Shown here: piece after piece, positions 9,548 through 18,322 of the stretch
Numbering within the stretch: the stretch's first letter is position 1
Layout of the letters: each line of letters begins with the position of its first letter
NCBI GenBank assembly: GCA_046598365.1
Contig: JBKJIV010000078.1
Coordinates: forward strand, 6,493 to 70,492
Length of the DNA stretch: 64,000 bases
Origin: Polaromonas sp.
GTDB taxonomy: Bacteria > Pseudomonadota > Gammaproteobacteria > Burkholderiales > Burkholderiaceae_C
Reading direction: 5' to 3'
Translations under genes and position numbers: made by a program
Notes under the pieces: generated by a model
What the model was told of the DNA's origin: nothing
The model's database searches: none
Seen by the model: only the letters and a program-made list of their open reading frames with translations

Positions 9548-9576
9548 TGCATCCGTTTTCGTCGTCACCGCGTTTA
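9548..9576 (+). promoter_or_regulatory. Putative ECF sigma promoter TGCATCC-N16-CGTTTA
   Basis: Upstream of the TPR gene; matches the motif at 4244-4273. Confidence 0.5.
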
Positions 9577-9630
9577 TCTAAGGTGCTGACTTGCAGCGCA
9601 TCTACGTTACCCATTATTCAAGGAGCCCCC

Positions 9631-10101
9631 ATGAACACTTTTTCCATCCGCAACCTCGTCGCCCTGCCCATCCTGGGTCTGGCTATGGCCGGCGCCGTGC
9701 TTGCCGCCGATTTTCAGTCGACGCCAATGGAGAACGCGCGCATAGATGATTTCGCCGCCGGTCAAAAGGCGCTCGCAGCCAAAAACTGGTCTGAGGCCGC
9801 CAGCAGCTTCAGCAAGGTAGTTGCCAAAAATCCGAAAAACGCCGACGCCTATAACTACCTTGGTTATTCCAACCGCTGGCTGGGTAAATATGACGAAGCC
9901 TTTGCGGCATATAACAAAGCCCTGACGCTGGACCCTAAACACAAAGGCGCGCTGGAATACTCAGGCATCGCTTACCTGAAAACCGGCCAGAAAGCACAAG
10001 CCGAAGCCCAACTGGCCAAACTGCAGGCGATCTGCGCCACATGTGAGGAAACCACAGACCTTGCAAAAGCCGTCGCAGACTTCAAACCAGCGGCCAAGTA
10101 A
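9631..10101 (+). CDS. Exported tetratricopeptide repeat protein with C-terminal CxxC
   Basis: Signal peptide, TPRs (PKNADAYNYLG, ALTLDPKHKGA), ICATCEE; AGGAG RBS. Confidence 0.85.
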   Translation: MNTFSIRNLVALPILGLAMAGAVLAADFQSTPMENARIDDFAAGQKALAAKNWSEAASSFSKVVAKNPKNADAYNYLGYSNRWLGKYDEAFAAYNKALTLDPKHKGALEYSGIAYLKTGQKAQAEAQLAKLQAICATCEETTDLAKAVADFKPAAK

Positions 10102-10150
10102 CCCAACAAGCCCAACTGCTCCGTCACTGGTCCGACAAGACCCCACTGGG

Positions 10151-10184
10151 AGGTGTTGACAACACCTTTCACGAAACTTACAGT
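10151..10184 (+). promoter_or_regulatory. Sigma70 promoter (TTGACA-N17-TACAGT) overlapped by a perfect 8-1-8 palindrome
   Basis: TTGACA 10156-10161, TACAGT 10179-10184; AGGTGTTG-A-CAACACCT 10151-10167. Confidence 0.65.
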
Positions 10185-10208
10185 GAAGCTTCTGCACGGA
10201 GGCTCTGT

Positions 10209-10508
10209 ATGTCGGACCCTTTCTCACCCCAGCCGCGCCACATCTCACTGGCGCAATTCGAGCGCTTGAAAAACTGGCGCGTTGCTCACCACGCGGCTCA
10301 ACCGGCGGAATGCTATGTGTGGGAAGCGGTGTTGACGCTCTGGATGATGGGCTGGGTGGGTTGGTTGCCAGCTTTTGCGTTTGATGCGCCTTGGGCCTAT
10401 CCGCTGTGCCTTCTGGGCATGTGGATGCCCCTGCTCTACGTGCGCATGCGGGCACGTGCCCACGCGACAAAGCGTCTCAGGTGCGACTGGCTGGATCTGG
10501 TGACCTGA
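10209..10508 (+). CDS. Small Trp-rich hypothetical membrane protein
   Basis: GGAGG RBS, two hydrophobic segments, C-terminal RLRCDWL. Confidence 0.65.
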   Translation: MSDPFSPQPRHISLAQFERLKNWRVAHHAAQPAECYVWEAVLTLWMMGWVGWLPAFAFDAPWAYPLCLLGMWMPLLYVRMRARAHATKRLRCDWLDLVT

Positions 10509-10523
10509 CTTACATTGGCAGGC

Positions 10524-11369
10524 ATGAACCCACTCACCTGCTTTAGCCTCTCCACAACCGATCACATCGCCCATCTGGTGCTCAACCGCCCCGAGGCGAT
10601 GAACACCATGCACCCAGGCTTCTGGCGCGAGCTGGATGAAGTGCTGACGCAGATTCACAAGGCGGGCGAAGCGCGCGTGCTGGTGATCTCCAGCACCGGC
10701 AAACATTTCAGTGCCGGCATGGCACTGGAGACCTTTGGCGGCGCCATTGCCATGGACGACCAAAGCCCGGAAGGCCGCGCTGCGATCTTTGACATGCTCA
10801 CCAGCATGCAGGCCACTTTCACCAAGCTGGAGACACTTCGCATCCCGGTGATTGCGGCGATACAAGGCGGCTGTATTGGCGGCGCGGTCGACATGGTGAC
10901 CGCCTGCTGCCTGCGTTATGCCACCGCCGACGCGTTTTTCTGCATCCAGGAAATCAACATCGGCATGGTCGCCGATGTGGGCACCTTGCAGCGCCTGCCC
11001 AAGCTGGTGCCGCTGGCCGTGGTAAAAGAGCTGGCCTATACTGGGCGTCGCCTGCCGGCGCAGAAAGCGCTGGGCTACGGACTGGTCAACGAGGTGTTTG
11101 ATTCGGCTGACGCCATGCTGGCCGGCGCACTGCAGTGCGCCAAAGAAATCGCCAGCAAACCACCCGTCGCGATCTGGGGCACCAAGCAGGCTATCCACTA
11201 CACCCGTGATCATTCGGTGGACGATGCACTCAAACAAATGGGTTGGCTGCAAGGCGCGATCTGGAGCAACCAGCATGTGCGCGAGGCGGTGACGGCAATG
11301 AAGGAGAAGCGCGCCGGAGAGTTCCCGGGCCTGTCACCGCTCAAACAGTTCAATGAAATCGGGCTCTAA
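10524..11369 (+). CDS. Enoyl-CoA hydratase/isomerase (crotonase) family protein
   Basis: LNRPEAMN, FSAGMAL, GGCIGGAVD, EINIGMVADVG. Confidence 0.9.
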   Translation: MNPLTCFSLSTTDHIAHLVLNRPEAMNTMHPGFWRELDEVLTQIHKAGEARVLVISSTGKHFSAGMALETFGGAIAMDDQSPEGRAAIFDMLTSMQATFTKLETLRIPVIAAIQGGCIGGAVDMVTACCLRYATADAFFCIQEINIGMVADVGTLQRLPKLVPLAVVKELAYTGRRLPAQKALGYGLVNEVFDSADAMLAGALQCAKEIASKPPVAIWGTKQAIHYTRDHSVDDALKQMGWLQGAIWSNQHVREAVTAMKEKRAGEFPGLSPLKQFNEIGL

Positions 11370-11396
11370 CCCTTTCAAACCGGCACAAGAAGCTAC

Positions 11397-12113
11397 TTAT
11401 TTGATAGCAAAAGTGGATGGCAGCGAGGGCATAGACGAGATGAATTCGCTCACCGCGCGGGCGGCTTCCGCGGGCGCCACCTGCAGCAGAAAATGCGGTG
11501 CGTCCAATACCAGCATGGTTGTTCCTGGTTTCACCGCCAGCACATGCTGACCGGCGCTGCAGGGAACTAAATCATCGTGCGCAGCGCGTAGATAGAGCGT
11601 CGGAACAACGACATTTGCCAGTTGACGGGAGACGTCTGCCGAAAGCACGGCACGCAGGCGGGCACGCAAGACCTGAGGCGCGACTTGCCCGAGCGCTCGC
11701 GACAAAGCCTGGCGCCAGGCCGCGGTATAAAACCGCCCGAGCAGCAGCCGGGCTAAAAGTCCCACGGGCATGACCGCCATCGGCAACAGGCCAATCCAAG
11801 GCCTGACCACGCCCATCAAGGGGCGCGGATTGCGGGCAAAGGTGCAACACAGCACTAGACCCAGGAGTTGCGGCGGACGACTTGCCGCCAAGGCAATAGC
11901 AATAGGGCCAGAGAATGACTCGCCAAGAAGCACATAAGGTTCGTCCACGGGCAGCGCAGCTCTCGCCACCGCTTCAAGCCCCGCATAGTCCAGCGCCTCG
12001 GTCGTAGGATAGCGAAGCACCTTGACCTTGATCCCGTCCGACATGGCGGCTGCAAAAGCATCCAGCAGCTCGCCTGTGCCATCCATGCCCGGTAAAAGGA
12101 CCAAGGTGACCAT
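11397..12113 (-). CDS. Alpha/beta hydrolase
   Basis: LPGMDGTG, GESFSG nucleophile elbow, C-terminal APHFLLQ. Confidence 0.85.
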   Translation of the reverse strand: MVTLVLLPGMDGTGELLDAFAAAMSDGIKVKVLRYPTTEALDYAGLEAVARAALPVDEPYVLLGESFSGPIAIALAASRPPQLLGLVLCCTFARNPRPLMGVVRPWIGLLPMAVMPVGLLARLLLGRFYTAAWRQALSRALGQVAPQVLRARLRAVLSADVSRQLANVVVPTLYLRAAHDDLVPCSAGQHVLAVKPGTTMLVLDAPHFLLQVAPAEAARAVSEFISSMPSLPSTFAIK

Positions 12114-12128
12114 GGCGAACGAACGTGT

Positions 12129-13037
12129 CTACTGCCGCGCCGTCCGCACATTCGCCGGCAATGCCTGCGGATGGCTGGTGCGAAACGGGTTGATGTCCAG
12201 CCCGCCGCGCCGGGTGTAGCGGGCATACACCGACAGCTTGAGCGGCCGGCAGCGCGTCCACACGTCCATGAAGATGCGCTCGACACACTGCTCGTGAAAC
12301 TCGTGGTGGTTGCGAAAGCTCACCAGGTATTGCAGCAGGCCCTCCTGATCTATAGGTGCGCCTTCGTAGCGGATTTGCACGCTCCCCCAGTCGGGCTGGC
12401 CGGTCACCAGGCAATTGCTTTTGAGCAGGTTGGAGACCAGGGTTTCGCTGACAAGTGGTTCTTCATGATCAGCAAACAGAAGTTCCGGCGCGGGAGTGTA
12501 GTGCAGGCACTCGACGTCGAGGCGGTCGAGATTGAGGCCATCGAGCTCATGCACCGGCTCCTGGTCAAACAGCTCGGGGCCCAAGGTCTTGACGCCCACG
12601 CCAGCGCCCACCGCTGTATTGAGGTCGGCGCGAATGCGCTCGCGCACCTCGCGTGCATCGGCGAACCGGGTGTTGTTGAAACTGTTGAGATAGAGCTTGA
12701 AAGACTTGCTCTCGACGATGTTGGGCGACTCGCAAGGTACGGTGATGTGCGCCAGCGCCACTTGCGGCTTGCCGCGCAGGTTAAGCCAGCTCAGCTCGAA
12801 GACCGTCCACATGTCGGCGCCCATGAAAGGCAGCGAGCCAGTCAAACCGAGCTCTTCGCGTTTGGCGGCGCGCGGAATCGGGAACAGCAGCGAAGCATCG
12901 TACTGGTCAACGTAAGCCGAGGCTTTGCCGAGCTGGGATTCTTCCGGACTGTTGATGGCCCCCACGCTTGCGGCTGGCGCCGCTGCGCTGCCCCCCGAGG
13001 GGGCGTTCGCGCCTTGGGGCGGCCCGTCGGCGCTCAT
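12129..13037 (-). CDS. queF: NADPH-dependent 7-cyano-7-deazaguanine reductase (bimodular QueF)
   Basis: [42 protein letters not shown]. Confidence 0.95.
   Translation of the reverse strand: MSADGPPQGANAPSGGSAAAPAASVGAINSPEESQLGKASAYVDQYDASLLFPIPRAAKREELGLTGSLPFMGADMWTVFELSWLNLRGKPQVALAHITVPCESPNIVESKSFKLYLNSFNNTRFADAREVRERIRADLNTAVGAGVGVKTLGPELFDQEPVHELDGLNLDRLDVECLHYTPAPELLFADHEEPLVSETLVSNLLKSNCLVTGQPDWGSVQIRYEGAPIDQEGLLQYLVSFRNHHEFHEQCVERIFMDVWTRCRPLKLSVYARYTRRGGLDINPFRTSHPQALPANVRTARQ
12958..13025 (-). repeat. 68-bp GC-rich dispersed repeat, copy 1 (inside the queF 5' end)
   Basis: GGGCCGCCCCAAG-N8-GCCCCCTCGGGGGGCAGCG-N15-CAAGCGTGGGGGC; same length and blocks as 32606-32673. Confidence 0.85.
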
Positions 13038-13924
13038 GCCGCGGCTCCTGCAGTCTTGAGGTGAGGAATCAGCGGCTCCAGCAAACGCTGGACCACACCG
13101 GGCGGCAAGTCGTGCCCCATGCCTTCAATGCCGATCAAGGTAGAACCAGGTATGCGCCGCGCAGTGTCTTCGCCGCAGGCAAAAGGCACTAGCGGATCCG
13201 CCTTGCCGTGCAACACCAGCGTCGGCAGGCGCAGGGCCTTGAGCTCGGCAGCGCGGCGGCTGTCAGCAACAATCGCCACCATCTGCCGCACGGTCCCCGC
13301 CGGGTGAAAGCCGCGTTTCATGCCAATCGAAATCCGTTCGCGCAGCACCGCTTCATCCACCGGAAAACCCGGGCTGCCAATGGTCTTGAACAGCTTGACG
13401 TAATGCGCCAGCACCGAGGCCGGGTCTTTGCCATTGGGCCGGCCCATCAGGACACGCATCACATGGGGCTTGGCCTGCGGCAGGCCGCGCGCGCCGCTGG
13501 AGCTCATGATGCTGGTCAGGCTGAGCACCCGCTTGGGCGCGGCCAGCGCAATTCGCTGCGCAATCATGCCGCCCATGCTGACACCCACCACATGGGCCTG
13601 GCTCACGCCCAACCCATCCAGCACGGCCAACGCATCAGCCGCCATGTCATGCAGTGAATACGGCGCTTTCACGCTCAGACCCAGTTTGTATTTGATGCTT
13701 TCCCACACGATGTTGGGATGGCCCAGATGATCAAACTTGTCGGACAGACCGATGTCCCGGTTGTCCAGCCGGATGACACGAAAGCCGGCATTCACGAGGG
13801 CCTGCACCATATCGGGCGGCCAGGCTACCAGCTGCATGCCCAAGCCCATGATCAGCAACACAGCCGGGCCCGCGCCTCCCGTGTCTTCCACCTCGATGTC
13901 AATCCCGTTTGCTCTCATTTTCAT
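13034..13924 (-). CDS. Alpha/beta fold hydrolase
   Basis: [34 protein letters not shown]. Confidence 0.9.
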   Translation of the reverse strand: MKMRANGIDIEVEDTGGAGPAVLLIMGLGMQLVAWPPDMVQALVNAGFRVIRLDNRDIGLSDKFDHLGHPNIVWESIKYKLGLSVKAPYSLHDMAADALAVLDGLGVSQAHVVGVSMGGMIAQRIALAAPKRVLSLTSIMSSSGARGLPQAKPHVMRVLMGRPNGKDPASVLAHYVKLFKTIGSPGFPVDEAVLRERISIGMKRGFHPAGTVRQMVAIVADSRRAAELKALRLPTLVLHGKADPLVPFACGEDTARRIPGSTLIGIEGMGHDLPPGVVQRLLEPLIPHLKTAGAAA

Positions 13925-13975
13925 AGCCAACTACTCCCGATCTTCAGAGGCAAAGCCCTGATTTCGTCACACACG

Positions 13976-14812
13976 TCAACTGAACACATTTTCACGCAGC
14001 CATTTGGTGGCAATCCATTTCTCGCCGGCCAGCACCGGCAGGCCACCATGCAGTGAGTGACTGCATGGGTGCGGCTGGCTGTAGCTGAAAAACACCGCAT
14101 GCCCACGCCGGGGCACCACCTGCAAGCGCACATCGGGAAATACGGTCGCGCCGCCCTGCTCCGGCTCCTGCAGGTACATGATGACAGTAGCCACGCGCTG
14201 ACCGCCACGCTCCAGAATCGCTGGTGTGCCAGGCTCTGCCGGGTCAAAATAATCGTAGTGCGGCTTGTACTCAGCGCCGGGCCGGTAGCGCAGCACCTGC
14301 AAACCCTCGCCGTTTTCGACCGGCCAGTCCAGCAGCTTTGCAATGCGCTCCTCGATTCGCTGGGCCAGGGCGTTTTCACCGCGGGTAAAAAACATGCCGT
14401 CACTGGTCCGGTCTTTGTGGATCTCTTCACCACCGGTTTCGATGGAGACCGTCAGGGACCGCTGCATGCGCGGCTTCGCAGCTTCAATCAGTGCCAGGCA
14501 TTCCTCATCGCTGAGCAGGTTTTCAAACACGATGATGTCCGGCGCGCGCATGACCGTGGTCAGCTCTACCCACCTGTCGCCGCCATCCAGCCGCACACTT
14601 GAGGAAGCTAATTCGGGCCAGGGTACAGACACTGGACGAGGTAACGATGAGGTGAGGGCCTCCATCGCCACCTGGTGCTCCCAACCGGCGTAAAGCATGG
14701 CTTGCAGTACCGTGTCATGGCTGCGCCCCTGCGACTTTTCCGAAGCGATCCAATCAAGAAGATCGCGCGTGATGACCTGGCTACTGGTGCGATGGGAAGT
14801 GGGCGTGGGCAT
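13976..14812 (-). CDS. Prolyl 4-hydroxylase-like 2OG-Fe(II) oxygenase
   Basis: EGLQVLRY...PHYDYF, GGATVFP, LHGGLPVLAGEKWIATKW. Confidence 0.9.
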   Translation of the reverse strand: MPTPTSHRTSSQVITRDLLDWIASEKSQGRSHDTVLQAMLYAGWEHQVAMEALTSSLPRPVSVPWPELASSSVRLDGGDRWVELTTVMRAPDIIVFENLLSDEECLALIEAAKPRMQRSLTVSIETGGEEIHKDRTSDGMFFTRGENALAQRIEERIAKLLDWPVENGEGLQVLRYRPGAEYKPHYDYFDPAEPGTPAILERGGQRVATVIMYLQEPEQGGATVFPDVRLQVVPRRGHAVFFSYSQPHPCSHSLHGGLPVLAGEKWIATKWLRENVFS

Positions 14813-14838
14813 GGGCTTTTCTCGCAGGGGGATTGACG

Positions 14839-15615
14839 TCAGGCCTGCAGCTTACGCCGGAACACAAGCCGGTCCGCCGCGGACACCGCCGGTTCAAAAC
14901 GGTAGCCCTCCGCGTCGAAGCTCTGGAGTTTTTTAACGCTGCCTATCCGGTGCTCGATGGCGTAGCGAAGCATGAGGCCGCGCGCGCGTTTGGCATTGAA
15001 ACTGATGATTTTGTACTTGCCGTTTTTGAACTCTTCAAACACACAGCTCACCACGCGGGGCTTCAAGGTCTTGCGGTCAACAGCCTTGAAATACTCCTCA
15101 CTCGCCAGATTCACAATGACGGGTGAGGTGTCTGCGGCAGCCCGCTCATTGAGGTAGCTGGAAATTTGCGCATTCCAGAACTGATACAGGTTTTTTCCCT
15201 CAGGGGTGACCAGCGCAGTCCCCATCTCCAGCCGGTAGGCTTGCATCCAGTCGAGAGGGCGCAGCACGCCATAAAGCCCGCTGAGGATGCACACATGCTG
15301 CTGGGCCCAGGCCAGTTGCTTTTCACTCAGGGTTTTGGCCTGCAGCCCGCCGTAAACGTCGCCATCAAAAGCCAGCACCGCCTGTTTGGAGTTTTTGGCG
15401 GTGAATGTAGGGGACCAGGCTTGGTAACGCGCGACATTGAGGCCAGACAGCGCGTCCGACAGTTTCATCAGGCTGCTGATCTGGGACGGTGTTTTGGTTT
15501 TGAGAACGTCGATCAGGCGGGCCGACTGGCGCTTGAACAGTGGCTGGGTGTGCGCCGCGGTGTGGGGCGGCGTATCGTAGTCCAGCGCTTTGGCGGGCGA
15601 AATAAGAAACAGCAT
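14839..15615 (-). CDS. yaaA: Peroxide stress protein YaaA
   Basis: ISPAKALD, SGLYGVLRPLD, YRLEMGT, NLASEEY, AKRARG. Confidence 0.95.
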   Translation of the reverse strand: MLFLISPAKALDYDTPPHTAAHTQPLFKRQSARLIDVLKTKTPSQISSLMKLSDALSGLNVARYQAWSPTFTAKNSKQAVLAFDGDVYGGLQAKTLSEKQLAWAQQHVCILSGLYGVLRPLDWMQAYRLEMGTALVTPEGKNLYQFWNAQISSYLNERAAADTSPVIVNLASEEYFKAVDRKTLKPRVVSCVFEEFKNGKYKIISFNAKRARGLMLRYAIEHRIGSVKKLQSFDAEGYRFEPAVSAADRLVFRRKLQA

Positions 15616-15679
15616 GGCTTAGAGTTATGGATTCACTGAAAGCCTGACTTTACGTCATGGGGCAGAGCCCCGTCCCTGC

Positions 15680-16270
15680 TCAGCGCAGGTCGCTGGCCAG
15701 CGAAGCAAGGGCTTCAGCGGGAATGTTCATATGCGCAGGGTAGTGGGTATGGTCGCAGCCCAGCTTGACATTGGCGCCAGCCTTGACGGCTGCGCACATG
15801 GCAGCATCGAGTTCAAAGCGCACAAAATGCACGGCCGAAGTTTTCTCGGCGTTCTCGCGGTCCATGTCTTCGTCGGCGATGGCATAAACCCGGGCGTGGC
15901 CTTCGACCTCCACAAACATGCGGTCTTCCACACCGATGAGACGCGCCAGCTCGCGCTTGCGCTCATTCACGTCGGGGTACTCGATCAGCATGGTCGCCTT
16001 CCAGTTGCTGCCCTCCGGCATCAGGGGGGCGTAAGCCTCGATTTCCTGAACAATCGCTTCTTCCTCGAAGATTTTCTCCAGGCGCAGCATCTCCTGAATT
16101 TGATAGCGAATGCTGGTCTCGCTTTCAAACTGCACGTTGATGTGCTCGCCCAGATGCACGCTGCGCAACTGGCGGTGCGCCATGATCTGCGCCTTGTTTT
16201 CCTTGCGGTACTTGCTGTAGGCCTCCAGTGTCATGAGGCTCTCGCGCGTGATTTTTCCGGTGGTTTGCAT
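15680..16270 (-). CDS. DUF3501 family protein
   Basis: FESETSIRYQIQEMLRLEK, ATMLIEY, SAVHFVRF; third gene of the rubrerythrin cluster. Confidence 0.85.
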   Translation of the reverse strand: MQTTGKITRESLMTLEAYSKYRKENKAQIMAHRQLRSVHLGEHINVQFESETSIRYQIQEMLRLEKIFEEEAIVQEIEAYAPLMPEGSNWKATMLIEYPDVNERKRELARLIGVEDRMFVEVEGHARVYAIADEDMDRENAEKTSAVHFVRFELDAAMCAAVKAGANVKLGCDHTHYPAHMNIPAEALASLASDLR

Positions 16271-16286
16271 ATCGAACTCCAAAGGG

Positions 16287-16368
16287 TGTCATTCCGGGCT
16301 TGACCCGGAATCCATGCCTCGCACGCCGAGGTACTCCACATGGATTGCGGGTCAAGTTCGCAATGGCA
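16287..16368. repeat. REP/REPIN-like inverted repeat pair
   Basis: Arms 16287-16316 (TGTCATTCCGGGCTTGACCCGGAATCCATG) and 16339-16368 match 25/30 as inverted repeats; each arm is itself palindromic. Confidence 0.75.
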
Positions 16369-16379
16369 AAGTCAAAAAA

Positions 16380-17729
16380 TTACTTCAGGCCGTAGGCCGT
16401 GCGTATCAGTGTCAGGGGGTGTTTTTGCGGCGGCGCGCCCAGGTTGTTAACTTCAAAACCCTGGGCAATGTGGTGGCCACCGAGCGGGCAGTCACTGCTG
16501 ATGACGTCGGGCAGGCCGCCGTCCTTGTGGTTGGCCATAGCCTTGAACAAGGGCTTGCCGATTTTCATGGCTTGCTGGTGGTAAGGCACCTTCACGCCAA
16601 AAGTGCCGGCATGGCCAGAGCAACGCTCATGCGTGTGCACACTGGTGCCCGGCACCATCTTGAGCATTTCCTCGGTTTTCTTGCCGATGTTCTGAACCCG
16701 CCCGTGGCAGGGAATCTGGTAGCTGATCTTGCCCAGCGGCACCGGAAACTCTGTCTTGAGCAACCCGTCGCGCTTGCGCGCCATCAGGTATTCAAACGGG
16801 TCCCACACGTGCTCCTTGACGAGCTGCACGTCGGCGTCGTCCGGATACATCAGCGGGATTTCCTGCTTGAACATCAAGGTGCAACTGGGCACCGCACTCA
16901 ATATGGCAAAACCGTCCCTGGCGTACTTCACCAGCACCGGAATGTTCGCTTCCTTGCTGTGGTTGACAGAGTCCAGGTCACCCAGCTCCAGCTTGGGCAT
17001 GCCGCAGCACTTTTCTTTTTCGACCAGCACATAAGGCACTTCATTGTGGTCCAGCACCTTGAGCAAGTCGTGGCCAATGCCAGGCTCGTTGTAGTTGATG
17101 TAGCAGGTGGAATAGATCACCACCTTGCCCGGCGTCTTGGCTCCGTCCTTGACGGGGTAAGGTGGCGACTCCGCAGCGCCTGAACGAAACTTCTTGGTGG
17201 CCAATTCAGGCAGCCAGGCGTTTTTATCGACGCCCAACACTTTTTCCATCACCGCTCTGGCCGGCTTGGTTTTGTTGACAGCGTTGGCGACCTGGACCAC
17301 GATGGGAATGCCTGCAAACTGGCCATGCACATCGGTGGAAGCCAAAAACTTCTCACCTGCGCCCACGTCGCCCTTTTTGAACTTGATGGCTTTGGCGCGC
17401 AGCATGGTGTGCGGAAAATCAAGGTTGAACTCGTGCGGTGGGACGTAGGGGCATTTGGTCAGGTAGCACAGGTCGCACATGTAGCACTGGTCCACGACTT
17501 TCCAGTAGTCCTTCTTGTCCACGCCATCAACTTCGCCTGTCTTGCTTTCATCAACCAGATCAAACAAAGTGGGGAAGGAACCGCAAAGACTGACGCAGCG
17601 CCGGCAGCCATGGCAGATGTCGAAGATGCGCTCCATCTCGTGGCGGGTTGCTTCTTCGTTGTAGTAGTCCGGATTTTTCCAGTCGATTGCGTGGCGCGTC
17701 GGTGCCTGCAAATTGCCTTCTGTGGCCAT
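16380..17729 (-). CDS. Rubrerythrin-associated Fe-S oxidoreductase (GlpC/CCG-domain)
   Basis: CHGCRRCVSLC, CYMCDLCYLTKCP, CCGMP, CSGHAG. Confidence 0.9.
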   Translation of the reverse strand: MATEGNLQAPTRHAIDWKNPDYYNEEATRHEMERIFDICHGCRRCVSLCGSFPTLFDLVDESKTGEVDGVDKKDYWKVVDQCYMCDLCYLTKCPYVPPHEFNLDFPHTMLRAKAIKFKKGDVGAGEKFLASTDVHGQFAGIPIVVQVANAVNKTKPARAVMEKVLGVDKNAWLPELATKKFRSGAAESPPYPVKDGAKTPGKVVIYSTCYINYNEPGIGHDLLKVLDHNEVPYVLVEKEKCCGMPKLELGDLDSVNHSKEANIPVLVKYARDGFAILSAVPSCTLMFKQEIPLMYPDDADVQLVKEHVWDPFEYLMARKRDGLLKTEFPVPLGKISYQIPCHGRVQNIGKKTEEMLKMVPGTSVHTHERCSGHAGTFGVKVPYHQQAMKIGKPLFKAMANHKDGGLPDVISSDCPLGGHHIAQGFEVNNLGAPPQKHPLTLIRTAYGLK

Positions 17730-17759
17730 GGTCTGCTTCTTTTTTTGTCGTGGGGTGGG

Positions 17760-17792
17760 TTTAGGAGAAGGTTCGCAGAACCCTCTCCTAAA
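17760..17792. other. Intergenic stem-loop between rubrerythrin and the Fe-S oxidoreductase
   Basis: TTTAGGAGAAGGTTC-GCA-GAACCCTCTCCTAAA (one mismatch in the DNA arms). Confidence 0.6.
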
Positions 17793-17833
17793 CCGCTACG
17801 CGGTAACGGCGTACCGGCGTAGCGGGGGGCGAG

Positions 17834-18256
17834 TTAATCGACCAGTTCTGCAAGCGCCTTGGTGTAGCGGTTCGCGTGTGAGCGTTCAGCCTTGGCCAGG
17901 GTTTCAAACCAGTCGGCCACTTCGTCGTGACCTTCGTCACGGGCCGTCTTGGCCATGCCGGGGTACATGTCGGTGTACTCGTGGGTCTCGCCAGCTACAG
18001 CAGAAGCCAGGTTGTCACGGGTAGCGCCGAAAGGCATGCCGGTGGCCGGATCGCCGCATTGCTCCAGCCACTCAAGGTGACCGTGTGCGTGACCGGTTTC
18101 GCCCTCAGCGGTAGAGCGGAACAACGCTGCAACGTCAGGCTGACCTTCAACGTCGGCCTTGTTTGCGAAATACAGATAGCGGCGGTTGGCCTGTGATTCA
18201 CCGGCAAATGCGGCTTTCAGGTTTTCTTCCGTGCGGGAGCCTTTGAGAGCAGCCAT
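17834..18256 (-). CDS. Rubrerythrin (short form without rubredoxin domain)
   Basis: GESQANRRY, EGETGHA, GETHEYTDMYP, AERSHA di-iron ligands. Confidence 0.95.
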   Translation of the reverse strand: MAALKGSRTEENLKAAFAGESQANRRYLYFANKADVEGQPDVAALFRSTAEGETGHAHGHLEWLEQCGDPATGMPFGATRDNLASAVAGETHEYTDMYPGMAKTARDEGHDEVADWFETLAKAERSHANRYTKALAELVD

Positions 18257-18322
18257 GGAAATCTCCTTGAGGGTTGGTAAAAATTGTTTCTCGCCTTGAA
18301 CATGATCGTCAAAGACCGAGTA

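Noticed and set aside
15680-18256. Rubrerythrin/Fe-S oxidoreductase/DUF3501 cluster as a novel system
   Set aside because: This three-gene arrangement is already described for aerobic-type rubrerythrins; only its regulatory sites are flagged
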